A DNA stretch of 64,000 bases from an uncultured Acidimicrobiia bacterium (GCA_965366365.1 CBDUEV010000003.1:28098-92097); one strand, 5' to 3'; shown: positions 9,770 to 19,767, counted from the stretch's first letter. Numbers and translations are program-made. Notes: generated by a model from the sequence alone, not told the origin.

Positions 9770-11145
9770 GCAACTGGCTCGTGCATCGCACGACGGAAAT
9801 CCTCGAGCGCACGGTGAGCAGGCGCAGTTTCCTCACCCGGGTCGCCACAGTCGGATCGGCCCTGGTGGCAGCTCCCCTCACCTACGCGCTCAAGCCGACT
9901 TCCGCCTTTGCGGCGGTCTGTTCCTGCTCAGGCTCCACGTGCAGCTGCAGCGCTCTCTGCTGCGACGGCTACACCGAGTTCTGTTGCACGATTTACGGCT
10001 CCAACACCTGTCCGCCGGGAACCCAGGTAGCCGGCTGGTGGAAGGCGGATGGATCCGGCTTCTGCGACGTCGACGGCGTGCCCAAGCCCCGCTACTACCT
10101 GGACTGCAACGCCAGCTGCAACGGGTGCGGATGCGGTTCCAGCGGGCTGTGCTCCCCTTCGTGCTCCGACGGGAACTGTCAATGCGCGCTCGGCTCGTGT
10201 AACAACCGGAAGACCAACTGCACGCTGTTCCGGTACGGGCAGTGCGGCAACCACATCGAATGCCTTGGTCCCATCGTGTGTCGCGTGGTGACCTGCACGG
10301 CACCCTGGATCTGGGACGACTCGTGCGGCACGACGAGCCGCACCGACAACAACACTCGCTTCCACGACCGTCCGTGCCTTCACGACGCACCCGACTATCC
10401 CGCTCTACCCGGGGTCTTCGCAGCCGGTACCTGGCGCCTCGCCACCGGGACCGGGGCCAGCGACCCTCTCAGCGTCTTCGCCTTTGGTACCCTCGGCGAG
10501 ATACCCGTGACGGGAGACTGGAACGGCGACGGCACCGTGACCCCGGGCGTGGTGCGCAACAGCCGATTCGGGCGGTACAAGGACGGCGTGATGTGGTGGC
10601 GTCTGCGCAACAACGCCGGGTCGGGCGAGCCGGACTATGTCTTCTCCTACGGCAAGCCAGGCGACATCCCCATCGTCGGCGACTGGAACGGCAACGGGAT
10701 CCAGACCCCCGGAGTCATCAGGGGCAATACGTGGTATCTCCGCAACGCCAACAGCACCGGAGCCGCCGACATCACATTCCAATTCGGAGAAGTCGGTGAC
10801 ACCTTCGTCGTCGGCGACTGGAACGGAGACGGAATCGACAACCCGGGCGTGGTGCGCGGAACCACCTGGCTCCTCCGCAATTCGAATTCGGGAGGAGCCT
10901 CGGATCTGAGCTTTGCGTTCGGTGAGCCAGGTGACCAGTTCGTGGTCGGCGACTGGAACGGAGACGGAATCGATGGACCCGGCGTGGTGCGAGGGACCAC
11001 GTGGCTCCTCCGTAACGACCCGAGTGCCGGAGATCCCGACCTCATCATGGACCTGGGAGCCGAAGGCCTGCCTGTCGTGTGGAGCGCCGGCACGCTGGCA
11101 GCAGTTCCCGAACCGGTCGATCCAACCGCACCGAGGCTCGCATGA
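9766..11145 (+). CDS. Tat-exported Cys-rich protein resembling the amine dehydrogenase light chain (MauA-like), fused to FG-GAP/VCBS-like propeller repeats
   Basis: GTG 9766 overlaps the mauE-like stop, GGAGG RBS; SRRSFL Tat motif, AFA cleavage site; 26 Cys; CCDG..CPPGT..WW..YYLDC; four GDWNG(D/N)G repeats. Confidence 0.7.
   Translation: MSNWLVHRTTEILERTVSRRSFLTRVATVGSALVAAPLTYALKPTSAFAAVCSCSGSTCSCSALCCDGYTEFCCTIYGSNTCPPGTQVAGWWKADGSGFCDVDGVPKPRYYLDCNASCNGCGCGSSGLCSPSCSDGNCQCALGSCNNRKTNCTLFRYGQCGNHIECLGPIVCRVVTCTAPWIWDDSCGTTSRTDNNTRFHDRPCLHDAPDYPALPGVFAAGTWRLATGTGASDPLSVFAFGTLGEIPVTGDWNGDGTVTPGVVRNSRFGRYKDGVMWWRLRNNAGSGEPDYVFSYGKPGDIPIVGDWNGNGIQTPGVIRGNTWYLRNANSTGAADITFQFGEVGDTFVVGDWNGDGIDNPGVVRGTTWLLRNSNSGGASDLSFAFGEPGDQFVVGDWNGDGIDGPGVVRGTTWLLRNDPSAGDPDLIMDLGAEGLPVVWSAGTLAAVPEPVDPTAPRLA
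10510..11015 (+). repeat. Intragenic repeats (135-bp/45-aa period for copies 2-4) encoding GDWNGDG propeller blades
   Basis: 29-bp identity between 10810-10838 and 10945-10973; four copies at protein level. Confidence 0.85.
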
Positions 11146-11161
11146 CTGCGGAGCCCGGCCG

Positions 11162-11923
11162 ATGACCGTCGCCCTTCTCGTCATCGAGGCAGTCGTCATT
11201 CTGGTCCTCGGCATCCTGGTGGCAGGCCTTCTCAGAAGCCACGCCGAGATACTCCGCTCACTTCACGACCTCGGTGTCGGCGAGGATGGCGAACGGGTCG
11301 CCGCCCCGGCCCGCCAGACCCCCAACGTCATCCCCGGCGTCCCCGAGCCGCGCCAATCCTCGACCCCGGCATTCGACATCGCCGGAGTGAAGACCGACGG
11401 AGCCGCACGGCGCATCGCGGTCGTCGAGACGGATCACACCACGCTGCTGGCGTTTCTCTCGACCGGCTGCACGACCTGCGCGTCGTTCTGGAAGGCGTTC
11501 AGCGAAACCGATCGTCTCGACCTGCCCGGGGTCGACACCCGCCTCGTGGTGGTCACCAAGAGTCCCGGGGAGGAGTCGGAGTCCCGGCTGCGGGATCTGG
11601 CTCCCCGCCAGTTTCCTCTGGTCATGTCATCGGAGGCATGGAATGACTATCAAGTGCCTGTGTCGCCCTACTTCATCCTCATCGATGGCCGGGCAGGACG
11701 CGTCCTCGGCGAAGGGGCGGCCGCCACCTGGGGACAGGTGAAGCATTTGTTGGCGCAGGCCGTTGCCGACCAGTCGATCGTCACCCGGACCCCCGTTCCC
11801 GGCGTGTCGTCGGGAGCCGACCGTGAAGACCGCATCGACCGCGAGTTGCGCGAGGCCGGAATCGAGCCCGGGCACGCCAGTCTCTATCCGGCCGCCACAC
11901 CCGACGTGGAGAGAGCGGAATGA
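11162..11923 (+). CDS. MauD-like membrane-anchored thioredoxin-fold protein
   Basis: N-terminal TM followed by LLRSHAEILRSL, FLSTGCTTC CxxC, VSPYF cis-Pro loop. Confidence 0.75.
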   Translation: MTVALLVIEAVVILVLGILVAGLLRSHAEILRSLHDLGVGEDGERVAAPARQTPNVIPGVPEPRQSSTPAFDIAGVKTDGAARRIAVVETDHTTLLAFLSTGCTTCASFWKAFSETDRLDLPGVDTRLVVVTKSPGEESESRLRDLAPRQFPLVMSSEAWNDYQVPVSPYFILIDGRAGRVLGEGAAATWGQVKHLLAQAVADQSIVTRTPVPGVSSGADREDRIDRELREAGIEPGHASLYPAATPDVERAE

Positions 11924-12603
11924 ACCTCCCCGTCCTGGTCGGGGTGCTCGTCGGCGTTACGGCGGCCGTCCGGTCGAGTTGGTCACCATGAGGAGAATCG
12001 ATGCTGTCGAGCATCACGCCGCTCGGTGAGCGGACGAGGGACAATCGATGGGGTGCCACCGTCGCCTGGTACGTGGCGGGTTCGGCCCTGGGCGGCCTCA
12101 CCTTTGGTGTGGCGGCAGGGTTGTTGGGAAGTCTCGCCGAGACGCTGTGGTGGCCGACCGAGTTCGCCTTGGGCTTGACCGTGGTGGGGATACTCCTGGT
12201 CGGGTTGGTGTTCGATTTCGGCCTGGTCGGCTCCGTCCCGTCGATCCATCGCCAGGTCAATGAGGACTGGCTCAGTCTCTACCGGAGCTGGGTGTACGGC
12301 GGTGGATTCGGATACCAACTAGGCCTGGGGGTGGTGACGATCGTCCCGACCGCCGCAACCTACGTGGCCTACTCGATGGCGTTCCTGTCCGCTTCGATCC
12401 CAGGAGGCGCCGTCGTCGGCGTGGCCTACGGGTTCGCCCGAGCCCTTCCGATCCTCACGGTACGGCGAGCGGTGGATCCGTCGGGCCTGCGTACCTTCCA
12501 CCGCAGGATGCAGCGGGTCGGGCCGAAGGTCGGCCGGTTGACGAACGCCGGCCTCGCCGCCGGTTTGATCGTCGCCGTCTCCTCCTTGAGTGGGGGGTTC
12601 TGA
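11920..12603 (+). CDS. MauF/DsbD-like membrane protein with an in-frame TGA at codon 24 (candidate selenocysteine, WSP-U-G)
   Basis: ATG 11920 overlaps the upstream stop (ATGA); frame reads MNLPVLVGVLVGVTAAVRSSWSP*GESMLSSITPLGER and continues into ORF 12001..12603 (RQVNEDW, YGGGFGYQLGLG). Confidence 0.7.
11992..12033 (+). promoter_or_regulatory. Candidate bacterial SECIS hairpin(s) directly 3' of the UGA
   Basis: GATGCT-GTCG-AGCATC (12000-12015) and CCGCTC-GGT-GAGCGG (12019-12033); both perfect 6-bp stems with G-initiated loops. Confidence 0.45.
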
Positions 12604-12605
12604 CA

Positions 12606-13076
12606 GTGGCCCAGATCGCCGACCAGCGCGTGAGTGTGGACCTGCCACCCGGATGGGAGGCCGAGTTCATTCGCCGAGCCCCCGATCCGGCTCCCCTTGG
12701 CACCACCACCCCGGAGGAGACCTATGCGGTCCTTCACATCGCCAACTGGCCGATGCCGACCGAGCGAGGCGACTTCGGTTCGGGCGCCGTCGAGGTCATG
12801 CGGAGCGGGGACGTCCTCGTCATCCTGGCCGAGTACGGCCCGGAGAACCTCGGAACCGCCCTTTTCAAACGAGTGGGAGTTCCGTGGCCCCTCGACGCCG
12901 CCGACTTCGACAAGAACCGCCTGCAGCGCCCGCTCCCCGGACAGGGTGGCCTGCAACAGTTCTTCGCCGAATCAGACCGGGCATTCTGCCTCTACGTGGT
13001 GCTCGGCAACCTGGCGGACGCCGATCAACTGGTCGGCACGGTCAACGCCCTCCTCGAAACGGTGGCGATCACATGA
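12606..13076 (+). CDS. Hypothetical protein in the mau-like operon
   Basis: 156-aa ORF, 2 bp after the previous stop, overlapping the next start. Confidence 0.7.
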   Translation: MAQIADQRVSVDLPPGWEAEFIRRAPDPAPLGTTTPEETYAVLHIANWPMPTERGDFGSGAVEVMRSGDVLVILAEYGPENLGTALFKRVGVPWPLDAADFDKNRLQRPLPGQGGLQQFFAESDRAFCLYVVLGNLADADQLVGTVNALLETVAIT

Positions 13077-14086
13077 GGGGATGGCGCACGACCCGAGCTC
13101 TCCGGACCCTGCTGGTCTCGATCCTGCTCGCGGTTGTGGCACTGCCGGCGGCAGGAGCCGCCGAACTCGACATCAACGGCTACTTCGACGATGACAACTC
13201 CTCGGTGCACGAACAGGACATCGATTCGATCGCCGCCGCCGGCATCACCCTCGGATGCAATCCACCCGCCAACACCAATTTCTGTCCGGCCCAGGACGTC
13301 ACCCGAGGCGAGATGGCCGCTTTCCTCCGCAGGGCAAAAGGCCTGCCGTTCGTGACCACCGACTACTTCTGGGACGACAACGGGTCCACATTCGAGGACG
13401 ACATCAACGCCATCGCCGCCGACGGCATCACACAAGGATGCGGAGGGGGGCGCTATTGCGGCTCGGTGCCGATGCGCCGATCGGAGATGGCGGCCATGCT
13501 CGCCAACGCTCTCCGGCTGCCCCAATCGAGCACCGACCACTTCGTCGACGACAACGGCAACCCGCTCGAGGAAGCGATCAACTCCATCGCCGATGCGGGC
13601 GTGACTCTGGGGTGCAACCCTCCCGACAACGACAGGTTCTGCCCGGATCTCACGGTGTCCCGGGCCCAGATGGCGAGCTTTCTGACGAGGGCCTTCGACC
13701 TTCCCGCCGTCTACATCGAAGGCCCCTTGGAGTTCGCCCTGCCGTTCTCCGGCGTCTGCGACTCCCAACAGACCTCCTGCAGTGCCACGATCACGCTTCC
13801 CAGTATCGATGCCTACCTGATCAACGAGGGTTGGTTCTACAAGCCTCCTTTTGCGCCGGGAGAACAGGCTCTCTTCGAGGCCGGCACCACCGATTTTCGG
13901 GCCCGCCTCGACGGCATCGCGATCGATCTGGACTCGGCTCCGACGGAATCGGAGGGGGGGTCGTTCGTGCGACGGTTCACGGGCACCATTCCGCGGCTCT
14001 CCAAGGGCAGTCATGAGGTGACCGGTGAATGGCGCTGGGACGGCACCGTGGTGTACGAAACACGGCTCACCCTGATCATCGACTGA
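13073..14086 (+). CDS. Secreted protein with three S-layer homology (SLH) domains
   Basis: Signal peptide; three F.DD...I..IA..GIT.GC...C....TR.(E/Q)MA.(F/M)L repeats; C-terminal beta-rich domain. Confidence 0.85.
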   Translation: MRGWRTTRALRTLLVSILLAVVALPAAGAAELDINGYFDDDNSSVHEQDIDSIAAAGITLGCNPPANTNFCPAQDVTRGEMAAFLRRAKGLPFVTTDYFWDDNGSTFEDDINAIAADGITQGCGGGRYCGSVPMRRSEMAAMLANALRLPQSSTDHFVDDNGNPLEEAINSIADAGVTLGCNPPDNDRFCPDLTVSRAQMASFLTRAFDLPAVYIEGPLEFALPFSGVCDSQQTSCSATITLPSIDAYLINEGWFYKPPFAPGEQALFEAGTTDFRARLDGIAIDLDSAPTESEGGSFVRRFTGTIPRLSKGSHEVTGEWRWDGTVVYETRLTLIID

Positions 14087-14089
14087 CCG

Positions 14090-14554
14090 ATGAGGGTGCT
14101 GACGGTCTGCCTCGGCAACATCTGTCGGTCGCCCACGGCCGAGGCGGCACTACGCGAAGTCGCCGCCCACCACGGTTTCTCGATCGATCTGGACTCGGCG
14201 GGAACGGCTGACTATCACGTGGGCAAGCCGCCCGATAGACGGATGACCGAGGCGGCGCGCCAGGCCGGCCTCGGCCTGGGCGGTTCGGCCCGCCAGGTCG
14301 AGACCGCCGATTTCCACCGGTTCGACATCATCCTGGCCATGGACCGGTCCAATCTCGCCGACCTGCAGGCCATCGCCCCCAGCCCTGAGCTGGCCGCCAA
14401 GGTGCGCCTCTTCCGATCCTTCGACGCCACGGCGACCGACCTCGACGTCCCGGATCCCTACTACGAAGGCGACGAAGGGTTCCGGGAGGTGGTGGCCATC
14501 TGCCGCCGCGCCGCGGCCGGGTTCGTCGACCGGATGGCGGGCGACGCTCCCTGA
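14090..14554 (+). CDS. Low-molecular-weight protein-tyrosine phosphatase
   Basis: CLGNICRS P-loop, DSAGT, VPDPYY. Confidence 0.95.
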   Translation: MRVLTVCLGNICRSPTAEAALREVAAHHGFSIDLDSAGTADYHVGKPPDRRMTEAARQAGLGLGGSARQVETADFHRFDIILAMDRSNLADLQAIAPSPELAAKVRLFRSFDATATDLDVPDPYYEGDEGFREVVAICRRAAAGFVDRMAGDAP

Positions 14555-14565
14555 GGCCCAGCTGG

Positions 14566-15761
14566 TCAGGCGGTGCGCAACGCTTCCGTGGGACTCATGC
14601 GGGCCGCCCGGATGGCGGGATACAAACCGGCGATCGCTCCGATCACCAAGGCTGCAACGAAGCCGCCCACGATGGCGATCTCCGGTACCAGGGTCGACCA
14701 GCCTTTGTACTGGGCGTAGGCCGTGGTGACCGCAAAGCCAAGCGCCACACCGCCCGCCCCGCCGATTCCGGCCAGCAGGAGGGCTTCCATCAGGAACTGC
14801 AGGGCGACGTGCCGTTTGGTGGCCCCGAGAGCCCGGCGCAATCCGATCTCCGATCGCCGCTCGAGTACCGAAATGACCATGACGTTGGCGATCCCAACCC
14901 CTCCGACGAGGAGCGCAACAGCACCCAATCCGAGAAACAGCGCGGTGAAGGCGTCGTCGGCCGCCTCACGGGCTTCGAGCGCGTCGGAGGGTCTATCGAC
15001 TTCCACCTCTTCTGGGTTTTCCGGGTTGGCCGTCGGAGCCAGAACTCCCATGACGGCGTCCACCGAAGCAGGATCGGTGCGCACATAGATCGAAGATGGC
15101 ACGACCTCTTGATTCAGGAAGTCCTCGGCGACGGCCACTCCGATCAGAGCGGCGCGGTCGAGGTCCGGGCTCAGCTCGAACGGCTCGAGGATCCCGACCA
15201 CCGCGAACCACTCGTCACCCAACCAGACGACGGGACTCGCCTGAAGATCGGTCACCCCCAGACGTTCGGCGGCAACCGAGCCGAGAACGGTGGCCGGATA
15301 GGAGGCTGTCGCCGCGTCGAGCCAGCGTCCGTCCGCCATCGACCCGGACAGGGTGTCGAGCAGACTGAGGTCGGCGGCCTTGACCGTCACTCCTCCGGTT
15401 TGAGTGGCGGGGATGTAGTCGGTCCGATAGACGTTGGCGTCCACCTCGCTGACCGCCGAGGTGGCCTCGACGGGTCCGATCCTGCTGATCATGGCGGCGG
15501 CGTCTTCGGGTAGCTGGCCCGTCCCGAGTCCGATCCCGGTGCCGGCTTGCACGGTGAGCAGGTTGGTGCCGAGGCGATCCAGCTGGGCCAAGAGATCGGA
15601 TTTCGAGGATTCCGACAGTCCCAGGACCGCCACCATCGCCGCGATCCCGATCATGATCCCCAACGCAGACAGGGCGGCCCGAAGCTTTCGTGTGCGAAGC
15701 CCGACCGTGGCCGTGCGGCCGAGATCCGAAGGGTGGATACGACTCGGCCGAAGCTCCGTGG

Positions 15762-15765
<4 letters not shown>
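14566..15765 (-). CDS. MacB/FtsX-type ABC permease
   Basis: GGVGIANVMVISVLERRSEIGLRRALGA, YPAIRAARMSP. Confidence 0.92.
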
Positions 15766-16493
<728 letters not shown>

Positions 16494-16500
16494 CGCTGCC

Positions 16501-17607
16501 CTAGGGGACCACGACGCGATCGCCGGGTTGGAGACCGTCGGCGTCGATTTCGACGAAACCGTCGGCGAAGAACCCGGGATCGACGGCGATGTAGCTGAGC
16601 GTCACGTCGTCGTCGGCGACCTGAACCGCGTATCCGCCTTCGGAGAGAGCTACCAGAGCGGTGACCGGAACCGCCAGGACGTTCTCGACCGAGTCGGCCA
16701 CCACCTCGATCTCGACCGGAGCCTCGTCGAGGTTTCCGGCGACCGACGGATCGTCGAGGCTCACCTCCACTTCCACCGTTGCGGAGCCCTGCGCGTCGGT
16801 GGTGGCGATCGTCCCCACCGAGGTCACTGTCCCTGACGTTTCGGTGTTGTCAGGCAGCACCACGATGACCGAATCTCCTTCTTCCAGCACTCCTTGATCG
16901 GCAGTGGGAAGGTCGATCAGCACGACGATGTCGACGGACGACGTCATCAGCAACTGGCTTCCGCTCTGGAGGGGAGAACCGACTGCGGCGGTGACGTCGG
17001 CGATTCGGACGTCACCGGGAAGGAAGATCACCTCACCCAACTCCACTACGCCGTCGTCCTCCACCCCCAGATCTTCCTGCCACCGCTGCACCATGTCCTC
17101 GGTCAACGTCGTGAATTCTTCGTCGATGGTGACGGTTTCGTCGGGGTCGTACCCGAGGTCGGCCAGTGCCCTTTCAAGCTGCTCGACATCGGGGCCTTCG
17201 TCGACGCCTTCCTCCAGTTGACGCCAGGCCGGCAGGTCACCCGGCAGCAGGACCACCGGGTAATCATCGACACGGTACAGCTCCTGGCCCGCCGTCACGG
17301 TGGCACCCGGGGCGACCGCGGCGGTGAGGGTGCCTGGGGCGCGATTGAGGATGGCGTCGCCGTCCGATCGCCCCAGCGTCCCGTCATAGGTTTCCACCTC
17401 GACGAGGTCTCGGCGGACCACTTCGGCGAAAGACAGCTCGACCTCTGCTTCTGGTTCGACGGGAGCTTCGGCCTCCTGGCTCAGGTACCACCAGCCGACC
17501 GTCGCCGCCGCCACGACGACCAAGAACAGGATCCACGTGCGGCCTCCCCGGCGGGTCGGGGCCGTCGAACGCGTTTCTTCCGTTGCTGCGTGCGATTCAG
17601 TCGTCAT
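16501..17607 (-). CDS. Periplasmic adaptor-like protein with inserted peptidoglycan-binding domain
   Basis: N-terminal TM; GPDVEQLERALADLGY...WQEDLG..DG PG-binding pattern; ENVLAVPVTAL MFP tail. Confidence 0.8.
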   Translation of the reverse strand: MTTESHAATEETRSTAPTRRGGRTWILFLVVVAAATVGWWYLSQEAEAPVEPEAEVELSFAEVVRRDLVEVETYDGTLGRSDGDAILNRAPGTLTAAVAPGATVTAGQELYRVDDYPVVLLPGDLPAWRQLEEGVDEGPDVEQLERALADLGYDPDETVTIDEEFTTLTEDMVQRWQEDLGVEDDGVVELGEVIFLPGDVRIADVTAAVGSPLQSGSQLLMTSSVDIVVLIDLPTADQGVLEEGDSVIVVLPDNTETSGTVTSVGTIATTDAQGSATVEVEVSLDDPSVAGNLDEAPVEIEVVADSVENVLAVPVTALVALSEGGYAVQVADDDVTLSYIAVDPGFFADGFVEIDADGLQPGDRVVVP

Positions 17608-17615
17608 CGTGTCTA

Positions 17616-18251
17616 TCAGTTTCGTCCCCTGCCGAACCCACCGCCACCTGGGCCGAACCCGGCGAGGATTTCCTCACAGGCTTCCTGAGCGGCGATGAAG
17701 TCGGGGTCTTCCCGGTCGAGGGCTCCAAACGGGCCGCCTTGGCCAGGCTCACCGTCGCCACCGGCGCCGGGACCAAAGCTGGAGAAGTCGGGATCGGGCA
17801 TGTCGTAGCCGTTGTCCCGCATGCATTGGGCGTACTCGATCATCGTGTCCTCGAGCTCGACGATGTCCGTTCCCTCGAATCCGAGCCGGGCGCCGTCGAG
17901 GAACTCCCCACAGGCTTCCCTGGCAGCCTCTACTTCCTCCCGATCGAACTCCTCGACCTCTTCGCCGGGTTGGCCGGGCCGGGCCAGCTGGACGTTGCCG
18001 TTGGCGTCGACTGTCGGGTCGGCCATCTCCACGCCGTTGTCGCGCATACACGCTGCGAAGGCGAGCAGAGCTTCCTCCCGGTCCACGGGTTCCTCGCCTT
18101 CGCCTGGCGCCACCAGCGCCCCCTCGGCGTCACCACCCGATTCCAGACTGGCCACCTCTTCCGCGGACGAAGGCGACCCCGTTCCACACGCGGCCAGGAC
18201 CATGGCCAGGGCGGCCATCACCAGGACCAGCTTCACCATCGTTCGCTCCAT
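17616..18251 (-). CDS. Lipoprotein with duplicated (F/Y)AxCMRDNG-x-PDP modules
   Basis: Lipobox LAAC; two CMRDNG...AxEAC repeats. Confidence 0.8.
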   Translation of the reverse strand: MERTMVKLVLVMAALAMVLAACGTGSPSSAEEVASLESGGDAEGALVAPGEGEEPVDREEALLAFAACMRDNGVEMADPTVDANGNVQLARPGQPGEEVEEFDREEVEAAREACGEFLDGARLGFEGTDIVELEDTMIEYAQCMRDNGYDMPDPDFSSFGPGAGGDGEPGQGGPFGALDREDPDFIAAQEACEEILAGFGPGGGGFGRGRN

Positions 18252-18298
18252 GACACCGCTCCTCTCACGCGCAATGGCTCAGAGTGTCGACGGCACGT

Positions 18299-18337
18299 CT
18301 AAGTGACGGCTGAGTGCAACATGAACGTCAGGTGAGA
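18299..18337 (-). promoter_or_regulatory. OmpR/MprA-type direct-repeat box (four hexamers, 11-bp period)
   Basis: Minus strand: TCTCAC-N5-GTTCAT-N5-ACTCAG-N5-ACTTAG upstream of the lipoprotein/ABC operon. Confidence 0.55.
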
Positions 18338-18361
18338 AGGCACCCCGAGTCGTGGCGCCGC

Positions 18362-18922
18362 TCATCCGCCCGGGGTGATGTCGGCAAGGATGTCTTCGCA
18401 CACCGTGTTGGCGGCCACGAAGTCCGGATCTTCGGGATCGATGTCGCCGAACGGCCCCGCGGCCGCTCCACCGGAGGCGAAGTTGGAGAAGTCGGGATCG
18501 GGGAGGTCGAACCCGTTGTCCCGCATACATTGGGCGTATTCCAGCAGGCCATCCTGGAAACCGGTCAAGTCGGTTCCGATGAAGCCGGTGATGACGCGAC
18601 TCAACTCCTCGGCGCACGCCGCCTGCGCCGCCGCCAAGGCATCCTCATCCAGGGTCGAAGGGTCGATGTCCTGGCTGAATTGGACGTTGCCGTCGGCGTC
18701 GACGGCAGGATCGGGCAGATCGACACCTTGTTCCCGGAAACACGCCACCGCTTCCAGTGCGGCTGCCTCCATGTCGATCGGGGCGGCCGTCGTGGTCGGA
18801 CCCGCCACCGTCGATGCGGTGGTCTCGAGTGTGGCGACGGAATCGTCGGTTTGCGTGTCACCGCCGGAACAGGCGGCCAGTGTCAGAACGAGAATCAGTG
18901 CTGCGGCGTAAGTCCGTTTCAT
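18362..18922 (-). CDS. Lipoprotein paralogous to 17616..18251
   Basis: MKRTYAAALILVLTLAAC lipobox; YAQCMRDNGFDLPDPDFS nearly identical to the neighbour. Confidence 0.8.
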   Translation of the reverse strand: MKRTYAAALILVLTLAACSGGDTQTDDSVATLETTASTVAGPTTTAAPIDMEAAALEAVACFREQGVDLPDPAVDADGNVQFSQDIDPSTLDEDALAAAQAACAEELSRVITGFIGTDLTGFQDGLLEYAQCMRDNGFDLPDPDFSNFASGGAAAGPFGDIDPEDPDFVAANTVCEDILADITPGG

Positions 18923-19027
18923 GGTCTCATTCTGGCGAGGTTCTGCACCTATGCCACCTCGGCCCGCATTGGCGGCGGGAGACGGGTCGCTCGGACTGAC
19001 CACCCGCCTGGCCGGGCCGGCCATCGG

Positions 19028-19055
19028 TCTTAGGTTCTTCTTAGGTGACCCTCAG
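19028..19055 (+). promoter_or_regulatory. MprA-like autoregulatory box
   Basis: TCTTAG-N5-TCTTAG-N5-CCTCAG upstream of a TACAGT -10 (19077-19082) and an apparently leaderless ATG 19090. Confidence 0.65.
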
Positions 19056-19089
19056 CCCGTTCCTACCCGGGCTGATTACAGTTTCGTCG

Positions 19090-19767
19090 ATGAGCAAGGT
19101 CCTGATAGCCGAGGATGACCGGGCCGTACGGCTGTCACTGCAACGCGCCCTCAAGTTCGAAGGCTACGAGGTATCGGTCGCCCACGACGGCGCCGAGGCC
19201 CTCGAAGCGGTGGCGACCGACACACCCGACGTCATCGTGCTGGACGTCATGATGCCCCACATCGACGGCCTGACCGTGTGTCGCCGACTCCGCTCGAAAG
19301 GCTCGACCACCCCGATTCTCATGTTGACGGCTCGCCAGGAGGTGTCGGATCGGGTGGCGGGTCTCGACGCCGGCGCGGACGACTACCTGGCCAAGCCCTA
19401 CGCCTTGGAGGAGTTGTTGGCCCGCCTGCGGGCGCTGCTGCGCCGCGCCGATCCGGAGGAGCCGTCCGACGAGCTCATCTACGGCGATCTCGTCCTCAAC
19501 CCCTCGACCCGCCAGGTGACCAGGGGCGACACACGAATAGAGCTGACCAAGACCGAGTTCGACCTCCTCGAGCTGATGATGCTCAACGCCGAAATCGTGC
19601 TCACCCGGGACGTCATCTATGACCGGATCTGGGGTTTCGACTTCGCGACGTCATCCAATTCGCTCGACGTGTACATCGGGTACCTCCGTCGCAAGACCGA
19701 AGAAGGTGGCGCCTCTCGGCTCATTCACACGGTGCGTGGAGTTGGCTACGCCCTCCGCGAGTCATGA
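19090..19767 (+). CDS. OmpR-family response regulator (MprA-like)
   Basis: [42 protein letters not shown]. Confidence 0.93.
   Translation: MSKVLIAEDDRAVRLSLQRALKFEGYEVSVAHDGAEALEAVATDTPDVIVLDVMMPHIDGLTVCRRLRSKGSTTPILMLTARQEVSDRVAGLDAGADDYLAKPYALEELLARLRALLRRADPEEPSDELIYGDLVLNPSTRQVTRGDTRIELTKTEFDLLELMMLNAEIVLTRDVIYDRIWGFDFATSSNSLDVYIGYLRRKTEEGGASRLIHTVRGVGYALRES

Noticed and set aside
10510-11015. Regularly spaced repeats considered as a CRISPR array
   Set aside because: In-frame, codon-degenerate protein repeats; no cas genes.
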